Of a stretch of DNA of 64,000 bases, positions 18,523 to 27,227 are shown piece by piece. The stretch covers positions 160,001-224,000 of the forward strand of contig CAVVHE010000005.1 in assembly GCA_963748015.1 (NCBI GenBank), written 5' to 3'. The position numbers and the translations under genes were made by a program. Source of the DNA: Terriglobia bacterium (GTDB taxonomy: Bacteria; Acidobacteriota; Polarisedimenticolia; Polarisedimenticolales; JAIQFR01). A model generated the notes under the pieces. That model was not told the origin of the DNA and ran no database searches. It was given only the letters and a program-made list of their open reading frames with translations. Within the stretch, counting starts at the first letter, position 1, and every line of letters begins with the position of its first letter.

Positions 18523-20017
18523 CCACATCGAGCCATTCATCCCGCTGAGCAACGGCCACGAGCCTGCCGTGGGCGGACGTGCCGGAGTGGCCGGTCGAGG
18601 AGTTTGTCGCGCAGGCCGCCGCGGAACTGGATCGCGGCGGCCGGCTGTGCGCGTGGTTCGGCGTGCCCGAAGGCGCAGGCGACGCGGCTGGTGGCGGTGG
18701 TCGCTTACGACGCCGACAACACGCTGGCGGTGGGTCGCAGCCGGCCATTCGCGGGGCGGTATCCGGCACTGACGCTGCAGTCATCCGCAGGCGCATCTGT
18801 TCGAGCGCGAAGTCTGGGAGCAGCACGGTCTCGTGCCGGAAGGCCATCCCTGGCTCAAGCCGGTCCGACGGAGCACGGCGTCAGGCCCGGCCGTCGGCGA
18901 ATTCTTCCGGGTCGAAGGCGGTGAGATTCACGAAGTCGCGGTCGGTCCGGTTCACGCCGGCATCATCGAGCCGGGGCATTTCCGCTTTCAATGCAACGGC
19001 GAGGAGGTGCTGCATCTGGAGATCGCGCTGGGCTACCAGCATCGCGGGATCGAGGAGGCGCTGGCGGGCGGACCGCATCGCGCGACGATGAGCCAGATGG
19101 AGACGGTGGCCGGCGACACGACCATCGCCCACGCGACGGCTCACGCCATGGTGCTCGAAGCGCTGGCCGGGCGTCGAAGCGCCGCTGCGCGCGCAGTGGC
19201 TGCGGGCCATCGCGCTCGAACTGGAGCGACTGGCCAATCACACCGGCGACCTCGGCGCGCTGGCCAACGACGTGGCGTTCCTGCCGACCGTCTGCGGCGT
19301 GCGGCAAGATTCGCGGCGATTTCCTGAACCTGACCGCGCTGATCTGTGCGGCAATCGTTTCGGACGCGGGCTGGTTCGTGCCCGGCGGCTGCCGGCATGA
19401 CCTCGAACCGGACGCGCGCGGCGCAGTTGCTCGAACGGTTGCGCAGCGGCGCTGGCCGAAGTGGAGCAGGCGGCGGCATGGCTTGTGGGACGCGAACTCG
19501 GTGCGCGCGCGGTTCGAGGGCACGGGCGCGGTGTCCGACGGAACAGGCGAGCGGACGTTGGATTGGTGGGCCCGGCGGCACGCGCTTGCGGACTGGTGCG
19601 CGATGTGCGTTTCGATCATCCGGCGGGCTGGCATCGCTTCGCGCAGATGCCGGTGGCGGTCTGGCCGGGGGGCGATGTGCTTTGCGCGCGCGCGCGTGCG
19701 CTGGCTGGAGATCGCAGCGCTCCGGCGCAGTTTCATCGAGGAACAGCTCGTCGCGCCGCCGGATGGGCCGCTGCTGACGAGCGTTGCCGGAGCGCGCGGC
19801 AGATACGCTGGCCGTGGCGCTGGTCGAAGGCTGGCGCGGCGAGATCTGCCATGTGGCGCTGACGGATGCTGTCGGCCGGTTTCGCCGCTACAAGATCGTG
19901 GATCCGTCGTTCCACAACTGGACCGGGCTGGCGCTGGCGTTGCGCGGCCAGGCGATCTCGGATTTTCCGCTCTGCAACAAGAGCTTCAATCTGTCGTACT
20001 GCGGCTTCGATCTCTGA
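18519..20017 (+). CDS. HycE/HyfG-like large subunit (NuoC+NuoD-like) lacking NiFe-binding cysteines, frameshifted
   Basis: HLFERE..GHPWLKP, VGPVHAGIIEPGHFRF, LGYQHRG.E, ELERLANH, VEGWRGE, DPSFHNW, SDFPLCNKSFNLSYCGFDL. Confidence 0.88.
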
Positions 20018-20019
20018 CC

Positions 20020-20822
20020 ATGTTCGCTCATCGAAACCATCTTGAATCGGCTGCGGCAGGGCTGCCAGACCATGGCCTATCCGGACGGTCCGGCGCCGGC
20101 GCTGCCGGACCGGCATGGCGGCGCGTTGCGCGTGGACGCGGCGAAGTGCGCCGAGGGCTGCGTGCGCGTGCGTGCCGGTGTGTCCGACGCGAGGCGATCA
20201 CCCGGCCGGCGGGAAGCCCGGTGGCGCTGGATCTGGGTCGCTGCATGTTTTGCGCGGCGTGCGTCGAGGTGTGCCCGGCCAACGCCATCACGCAGACGGG
20301 CGATCCATCGCATGGCGGTGCGGCGCCGCGGAGACCTGCTGCTGGGCAGACCGGGCGAAGGAGGAACTGCGCCTGGCGGCGGCGCTTGATCGAGAGAGCT
20401 GCGCAGGTTGTTCGGCCGATCGCTGCGACTGCGTCAGGTGAGCGCCGGCGGCTGCAACGCCTGCGAGGCGGATACCAACGTGCTGGGCACGATTGGCTGG
20501 GATCTCGGCCGGTTCGGCATTCAATTCGTCGCCTCGCCGCGCCATGCCGACGGCCTGCTGATCACCGGTCCGGTGACCCGCAACATGGAATTGGCGCTGC
20601 GAAAAGACCTACGACGCGGTCCCCTCACCGAAGATCGTCATTGCGGTGGGAGCGTGCGCGATTGCGGGCGGGCCGTTCGTCGGCCATCCGCAGGTGCGCA
20701 ACGGGGCCGACGCGGTCGTGCCGGTGGATCTGTTCATTCCCGGCTGCCCGCCGCATCCGCTGACGATTTTGGATGGCTTGCTGCGGCTGCTTGGGAGGTT
20801 GGAGGAAACGCAGCGTGGATGA
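20020..20822 (+). CDS. Fused 2x[4Fe-4S] ferredoxin + NuoB/HyfI-like small subunit, frameshifted
   Basis: RCMFCAACVEVCPANAI, then SAGGCNACE, ASPRHADGL.ITGPVT.NM, VGACA, IPGCPPHP. Confidence 0.88.
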
Positions 20823-21341
20823 ACGCAAACGCGGCTCAACCCGTCATCGTCAGGAACGCACTATCCGCGGACCGCGGCGAGGTGGCGCGCCTCTTTTCCC
20901 AGCATCTGGCCGACCTTGGGTTGCATCCCGATCCGGTCCTCGACGCGGACATGGCCCGGTTCAGCCACTTCTATGAGCCGCCGCGGGGTTTCTTGCTGCT
21001 GGCGGTGGATGCCGACGGGAGAGTCGTGGGGATGGCGGCGTTGCTGGGCGACGAAATCCGCCGCGTGTACAGTTGAAACACCCTGGCGTCGGCGGGGTGT
21101 TGCCACCCAACTGCTGCACAGTCTGCTGCGGCGGGCGCCTGTTCCCTCCTCCGGCCGGTTTCGCGCAGTTCTTGCCCGGGACAACCTGCCCAGCCGGCGT
21201 CTCTTTCAGACGCTGGGTTTCCGCGCGGGTCTGGCGGGGACGGGGCCGGCGCGGCCTGGCCACTGCGACGTTTACGAACTGGACGCGTCCCACCTACACT
21301 CCCAACGCCCGCCCTGCGAGGTTGGCGGCCTGATATGCTGA
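20819..21341 (+). CDS. GNAT-family N-acetyltransferase (one frameshift near 21070)
   Basis: ATGA-coupled start. GRVVGMAAL..EIRRVY joined to ETPWRRRGVATQLL (acetyl-CoA motif A) and N.PSRRLF..LGF. Confidence 0.75.
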
Positions 21342-21721
21342 TCATTCCCACTGAACTCCGTCCCAGCCCGATTCATGGGCTGGGTGTCTTCACCCGCGAA
21401 CCCGTATCCCACGGCAGCGTGGTCTCGCGGTTCATGCCGCCGTTCGACACCGAGTTTCCCCCGGAACTCCTGTCCATCCTGACAGAGGCGGAACGCACTT
21501 ACCTCCGCCACTACAGCTACCACAGCGTGTTCTCGGGATTCTACGTGCTGCCCGGCGACCACGACCGATTCATGAATCACAGCGACACGCCTAACGTGAT
21601 CATGAACACGGACGGCTCGGCGACCTGTGTGGCGGCGTGCCCCATCGCGGCCGGCGACGAACTGACCTGCGACTATCGCACCTTCGACGCCGAATGGCCG
21701 CTAAAGCTGGGCCGCCCATGA
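21335..21721 (+). CDS. SET-domain protein (lysine methyltransferase family)
   Basis: SPIHGLGVF, RFMNHS..PN, I.AGDELTCDY. Confidence 0.9.
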   Translation: MLIIPTELRPSPIHGLGVFTREPVSHGSVVSRFMPPFDTEFPPELLSILTEAERTYLRHYSYHSVFSGFYVLPGDHDRFMNHSDTPNVIMNTDGSATCVAACPIAAGDELTCDYRTFDAEWPLKLGRP

Positions 21722-22395
21722 GGTTGCGGACCGATCACGCCCAGTGGTACGACGGTCTCTTCGACCAATCGGGGCCGGTCTTTCACCGGATGGCCTTCAC
21801 GCGCGGCGGACTGGCCAAACGCCGGCAGCTTGACCTGCTCGAGTCGCTTGGTTTCCGCACCCCGGCGCACGGGCCGGCGTCGGAACTGCATGTGCGGTTG
21901 CTGCGTGGGCCGGACGGTCTCAGCATCCCGGACGCGGCGGATCAGGTCCGGTGCGTGGTGTACCACGATGAACTGGCGCACCGCGGCGAGGGCAAGGAAG
22001 TGATGCGGCTGTCCGAGGCGGCAAGGCGCTTCCCCGACACGTGGGCGGCGGTGTTTCATGAGCCGTCCACACCGGGCATGAGCTTCCGCTTCATCCGGTT
22101 CGGGCGGCTGGGTTTCTGGCAGCGGCAACAGTCCCAAGGCGGCGACTGGCGCTCCAACCATCGTGATGCGGAAACCGTGCTCGATCGACGACCGCTGCCC
22201 GCGCCCAATGCGGTCGAGCGCGTGCTGTGGGCGGTGGATTTCGTCCCCGCGGCCGAGGGCCTGCTGGCCGTGGATTTCAACACCGCGCCCGACCTGACGT
22301 CGCTCGGTGAATCCGGCCTGGTCACCGAGGCGGAATTGCGCGCGGAACTCGAAGCCGTCGCCGGGAGCGCCCCCCGCAGCCTCGATCAATTCTGA
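21718..22395 (+). CDS. Divergent ATP-grasp (RimK-like C-terminal) protein
   Basis: GFRTP, HRGEGK, GDWRSN, AVDFV, AVDFNTAPDL resemble RimK DFRSN / GVD / EVNxxPG. ATGA overlap with the SET gene. Confidence 0.6.
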   Translation: MRLRTDHAQWYDGLFDQSGPVFHRMAFTRGGLAKRRQLDLLESLGFRTPAHGPASELHVRLLRGPDGLSIPDAADQVRCVVYHDELAHRGEGKEVMRLSEAARRFPDTWAAVFHEPSTPGMSFRFIRFGRLGFWQRQQSQGGDWRSNHRDAETVLDRRPLPAPNAVERVLWAVDFVPAAEGLLAVDFNTAPDLTSLGESGLVTEAELRAELEAVAGSAPRSLDQF

Positions 22396-22822
22396 TCAGC
22401 AGGCGCCGTTGATCTCGGGGGAGTCGGGACAGCCATGCCCGTGGAGTTAAGACTTCAATCCTGAACGGTTTCCGCAAAACCGTCAGGTCGGGATCACGGG
22501 TGATGAGGGTTCGCGCGCCCGCGGCCAGCGCCGCCTCGATGGACTTGTCATCCTGGGGATCGCGGCAGGTTTGCTCACGCAGCGGCACGGGTGTGACCCA
22601 AAGTGCGGACGAGCGCAGCACCTCCACCCACGATTCGATGTCCGTGTCGAAGCCTTCCTCCTGCTTCACCCGGCGGAGCACCCGGGAATACTCGGCGAAC
22701 ATGGCCTCGGAAACCACCGGGCAGATCAGGCCCGCCAAGCAGGCCTTGAGGCAGGCGTGCGGTTCGTGCCGCCAGAACACGCCGGCGACCACCACCCCGG
22801 TGTCCAGGACAACGAGTTTCAC
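22322..22822 (-). CDS. PIN-domain toxin (VapC/PIN_3-like)
   Basis: VVLDTGV.VA, EY..VL, CRDP.DDK.IEAA, LITRD.DL acidic tetrad. Confidence 0.85.
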   Translation of the reverse strand: MKLVVLDTGVVVAGVFWRHEPHACLKACLAGLICPVVSEAMFAEYSRVLRRVKQEEGFDTDIESWVEVLRSSALWVTPVPLREQTCRDPQDDKSIEAALAAGARTLITRDPDLTVLRKPFRIEVLTPRAWLSRLPRDQRRLLIRIDRGCGGRSRRRLRVPRAIPPR

Positions 22823-23076
22823 CGCCGGACTTTGCTTAACGCGCGTTCAACGAGTGCGGCAGCCTGCTTTGCAGAGTGTCGTCCGGCCGGGGTTTGGGAC
22901 AACAGTTTCTTCACTTCGGACGGGGAGGGCGGTTTGACCGGGCGCACCAGCAGTCCCACCTTCCCCAAGTCAAACACGTTGAGCGGTCCTCCGCGTTCCA
23001 GACCTTCCCGCCGGCACCATTCCAGCGGAAACACGGTTTGACGTTTGGAGGTCAGGGTCATGGTGGTCGCTTTCAT
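22819..23076 (-). CDS. AbrB/MazE-type antitoxin
   Basis: TLTSKRQTVFP...RREGLE.G swapped-hairpin pattern. Small gene upstream of and overlapping the PIN gene. Confidence 0.75.
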   Translation of the reverse strand: MKATTMTLTSKRQTVFPLEWCRREGLERGGPLNVFDLGKVGLLVRPVKPPSPSEVKKLLSQTPAGRHSAKQAAALVERALSKVRR

Positions 23077-23133
23077 GCCGGTAAGATTATGTTACCCTCC
23101 GCCAGTCTTCAACCGGAGGGCCGGGGCTGAACC

Positions 23134-23649
23134 GTGCATCCCGAAGTTGTTGGTGATTTTGCTAGACTACCCGCGGCCAAGCGGTGGGCCTATTACCTTG
23201 GGCGCTACCACTATTTGGGCTTTTGGGTCGTGGGAGAGAACGTGGGATATCTGGCCTGTGATCGACAGGAGCGGGATGTGGGATGTTTATTGTTTGGCGC
23301 GGCGGCGTGGCGGTGCGCGCCGCGGGATCGGAGGTTGGGCTGGAATTGCCAAGAGCGGCAGGAGCGACTTGGGAATGTGGTCAACAACACCCGGTTCCTG
23401 ATTCTTCCCTGGCTGCGGGTGGCGCATCTGGCCAGCCACCTGTTGGGACAAGTGGCTCGGCGGATTGATGCGGATTGGCGCCTGAGCTACGGCCATGGAG
23501 TGGACTGGTTGGAAACATTCGTGGATCGGCAACGGTTCCGGGGCAGTTGTTATCGCGCCGCCAACTGGGAATGTGTCGGCCAGACCCAAGGACGCAGCCG
23601 CCAGGATCGGGGGCATCAACTGCAAGTTCCGATCAAAGACGTCTATTTA
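23134..23649 (+). pseudogene. DUF4338 (DruA-like) domain gene fragment, cut at its 3' end by an IS
   Basis: YHYLG, FGAAAW..APRD..GW, NNTRFLILPW, LASHLL, LETFVD, GSCYRAANW..G.T.GR. The IS end begins right after KDVYL. Confidence 0.75.
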
Positions 23650-25425
23650 GTGTCCGGCGTTAAACGCGAAGCGGCGCGCTGGGGTTGCGTCTGATGTGCT
23701 GGAGCGCGTGCGAATGTTGGGGTGGTGTTTGAATGTTTGTGAGGGTTCCGGTGTCTCATCCTGCAACATTCGCTTCTGCTCCTCACCATGCGCCATCCTT
23801 TCCAAAGCCAGCCTGATCTCCAGATCACCCCCATCGAAAAGATTCGCCTGCCGCTCAAGAGCCGGGACGAGTTGCCGCCGATCCCGCGGGGCTCCAGTGG
23901 ATTTGGATGCACCCCACGCTCAAGAGCGAGATGTTCGCCCTGCTGGAGGCCAAAATCCTTGCCGGCAAGCGGGCCACTGGTCGCACGGGCATGGATCTGT
24001 GGCAGATTCTGGTGCTGGGCGTCATCCGGCTGGGCCTCAACGCGGATTGGGATCGGATGGAGGACCTGGCCAATCATCATCTGCTCGTGCGCCAGATGCT
24101 CGGCGTGTCCGCCACGCCGTGGGGTGAGGACGCCAAGGTCTTCGGCCATCAGACCCTGCGGGACAACGTCGCCCTGCTCGATGACGAACTGCTGCAATAG
24201 ATCAACGCGCGAATCGCGGCGGCGGGAAGAGCGGTGTTCGCAAAAAAAGGCGGCGCGCCCGTGGCGGCGCTTGAGATCAAGGTGGACACCTACGTGTTGG
24301 AAACCGACGTGCATTTCCCCACCGACTTGAACCTGCTCTGGGACGCGGGCCGCAAGTGTGTGGATCTGGTGGAAGGGCTGCTGGCTTCCGGTTACGACCT
24401 GCCGGGCTGGCGCCAGTGCAAGGCGTGGCGGCGGCAACTCAAGGCCTGCGAACGGGCCGCCAGCCAGGTGGTCTATCGTGGCGGACCGAACAAGGAAGTG
24501 CGGGTCAAAGCGGTCGTGCGCGAGTATCTGGCCGTGGGGCGCGCGCTTTCGGCCAAGGTGCATCAGAGCCTGCTGGGCTTGTGTGAGGAGGCGGTGGACG
24601 CTGTCCGCTGGGAACGGCTGGCGTATTTCCACGGGATGCTCGACAAGCATCTGGATCTGGTGGAGCGGCGGTTGTTGCAGGAGCAAACCATCCCCGCGCA
24701 CGAGAAGGTGTTCTCGCTGTTTGAGCCGCACACCGAATGGATCCAGAAAGGCAAGCAGCGCCCGAACGTGGAATTGGGGCACCGGCTGCTGGTGGCCACC
24801 GATCAACACCAGTTGATCCAGGACTATGACGTGCCGGTGGGCGGGGCGGACGTGGACCAGAGTGTGCCGGTAGCCGACCGGTTGCTGGGCCGCTACGGGG
24901 CAGGGAGCGTGGCGAGCTTGAGTTTTGACAAAGGCTTCACGCACGCCGCAGACCGGGCGTTGTTGAGCCTCTACATTCCGGAAGTGGTGATGCCCAAACG
25001 CGGCCAGAAGAACGCGGCGGAAGTGGAGCGGGAGAACGGCAAGCGGTTCCTGGCCCTGCGCAAGCAACACAGCGCGGTGGAGAGCGAGATCAACAGTCTG
25101 GAACATCACGGCTTGAACCGGTGCCTGGACGTGGGGTTGGCGGGCTATCTTGCGCTATGTGGGCTACGGCGTGATGAGCTACAACCTGCACGTGATCGGG
25201 CGGGAGTGGCTGCGCCGCCAGCGCGAGCGCGGCCCAGCGCTGGCGCAGGCGGTCTGAAGGCGCCCGCCGCGAAATCGCAAGCCAGCTCCGAGAGGAGCAG
25301 TGTCGCCGTCGCCGGGGAATTTTGATGGTTTTGAGCGTGCCCGGCTCAAAAAACCGCGTCCATCGCGCTTCCGCCACCCTCCGCGCTCAGCGCCATCTCA
25401 AAAACACGCGTTTCCGGCCAGACAG
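23650..25425 (+). mobile_element. ISNCY (ISDol1-like) insertion sequence
   Basis: Imperfect terminal IRs gtgtccggcgttaaacgcg (23650-23668) and cgcgtttccggccagacag (25407-25425), 14/19 match. No matching target duplication. Confidence 0.7.
23788..25257 (+). pseudogene. ISNCY-family DDE transposase with in-frame TAG (24198-24200) and frameshifts
   Basis: KSRDE.P, GR.GMDLW.ILVLG, DTYVLETDVHFPTDLNLLWDA, EKVFSLFEPHTEWI.KGK, SFDKGF, HSAVES.IN.LEHHGL. Confidence 0.8.
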
Positions 25426-26484
25426 GCTGTAGTAGTGGTGATCGACCGCCACGTGATAATCGATGTTCACGGTGGCCTCCAGCCAGGTGGCCACGACGAA
25501 GGGCGAGGGCGGCAGCGGCCGCAGCTTGGGCTGGTCCAGGGCTTCAAACCATTGGTCGCGCGAACCCTCCAGCTTCTGGAAGGGCTGGGCATTGAGTTCC
25601 CGCAAGCGGGGCGCGATGGCTTGGTTCAACTGGCCGACGCTGAAGAAATCCATGTCGCGCAACGCGGCCAGGATCTGGCGCTGGGCCACCTGCACCGCCG
25701 ACTCGGCCTTGGCCTTGTCGCGGGGCTTTCTGACGCGCGTGGGCAGGATGACCGTGCCGTAGTGTTCGGCCATCTCCTGGTAGGTGCGATGAAGCAAGGG
25801 CTCATAGCGGCAGGGCTCCACGACGGCCGTGCGGGTGTTGTCGGGGATCGTCAGCGCCGCCACCCCGCCATAGAACTGGTAGGCGTGCACGTGGGCGCTG
25901 ATCCAGGAATGCAGCTTCTGGTCAGGGAACGCCTCGGCGAAGATCTTGCCCGAAACCCCCAGCGCGGCGACGAACAGGGAGGCGGGTTGGGTCATGCCGT
26001 CGGCCCCGTTGCGGATCGGGACGGTCTGACCAGCCCAGTCCACGAACAGCTTCTCCCCGGGAACGTGCACCTGCCGGAGTGAGGGCTCCAAGGTCTTGCG
26101 CCATTGCTGATAACGTTCGCAGAAGCGGCTGTACTTCAAACCCGAGGGATCGGTGCGGATGTACTCCTGCCACAACAGGCGCAGAGTGACGTTGGGACGG
26201 CGCAGTTCGGCGTGGAGGTGAGCCCAGTCCGGGACCGGCGGTGGGGGCGTTCCCGCCCTCCGCGGGGGGGCCACCGCGCACAGACGGGCTTCCAGTTCCG
26301 TTTGGCCGACGGCTTCGGGTAAGGGCCACTTCAAGCCCGCGGCCTCGGCCCGCAGGAGGTAATCGCCGACCGTGCTGGAAGCGATGCCACAACTGCGGGC
26401 GATTTCGCGGATCGAGAGGTGATGTTCATGTTTCAGACGTAGGAGTTCGATGACTTGACGCATAACGAGTATTTTTCGAGGCAT
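25426..26484 (-). pseudogene. istA: IS21-family transposase IstA, 3'-truncated; istB absent
   Basis: HTH SIREIARSCGIASSTV, YSRFC, PGEKLFVDWAG, PDN, RKPRDKAKAE.AV. Homology stops at DHHYYS where the ISNCY end begins. Confidence 0.88.
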
Positions 26485-26587
26485 AGGGCGATCAGTTTCG
26501 ACCGCCCGGCTGCCCATTCAACGTTTTGCGTCACCCTCCCCGAGAGGACCTGCTCACGATCCCTTCCCACCACCCCACTCAGGGCTG

Positions 26588-26754
26588 GCGGAAAAACTGT
26601 CCCGCTACCCCGGAACGTTGTCCGGCTTGGACCGGAACACTGTCCGGACCGTCCCGGATTGCTGTCCGGCTGGCGCCGGAACACTGTCCGACATCGGCCG
26701 GAATCCTGTCCGGATAGAATCGGAATCAGTGTCCGAATGGCGCCGGAATACGCA
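26588..26754 (-). repeat. IS21 left end with about seven 22-bp transposase-binding repeats
   Basis: ccggaacNNtgtccgg-like units starting at 26610, 26632, 26654, 26676, 26698, 26720 and 26743. Minus strand begins TGCGTATTCCG at 26754. Confidence 0.85.
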
Positions 26755-27202
26755 CCTTGGAGAGCTGCCCCGCCGCGGCTGAGGACATCGGATTCCCCTT
26801 TGCGGCTCAAGTGGCCCTGTTGACCCGGCAGCATGTCGGACGCAAAAACGAAACCGTAGGCCTCATCACCGATCTGGCGCCTGAGCAACTGCCCGCAGCG
26901 CAATGGCTCAAAGCCAACCGCATGGCTTGGGGAATCGAAAATGGGACGCATCAGCGCCTGGACGTCTCCCTCAATGAGGACCGGTGTCGGGTTTGCAGCA
27001 CCAACGGGTTGTGGATCCTGGGCATGCTCCGACGGCTGGTCATCAGCCTGTTCACGCACTGGCGCGCACGCCATCGCAAGCCCCAGCACCAATCCGTCAC
27101 CGATTTCCAGGCCGCCATGGGAGAAGATAATCTAGCCATGGCCATGGCCTTTGTTACCCGCCAACGTCCCAAACTGTGAAAACCCTTCATGCATACGCGC
27201 TG
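26755..27202 (+). pseudogene. ISAs1-family transposase C-terminal fragment and right end, cut by IS21
   Basis: FPFAAQ, LITDL, R.AWGIENGTHQRLDV.LNEDRCR. Stop at 27179 and probable end ...gcgctg at 27202. Confidence 0.75.
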
Positions 27203-27227
27203 CGAATTGCTGCCTGTGGCTAGAATC

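Noticed and set aside
13435..20822. Functional NiFe hydrogenase-4 / formate hydrogenlyase
   Set aside because: Both Ni-binding CxxC motifs are missing, and there are no maturation or formate dehydrogenase genes.
4095..21341. Mass pseudogenisation of the DHS, ODC, sulP and ehr genes
   Set aside because: The breaks are single-base indels with all catalytic motifs intact and strong codon bias, typical of uncorrected long-read errors. Reads are needed to confirm.
26588..26754. Regular 22-bp repeats resembling a CRISPR array or iterons
   Set aside because: No unique spacers and no cas or rep gene. The repeats end in the TG..CA terminus upstream of istA, as expected for an IS21 end.
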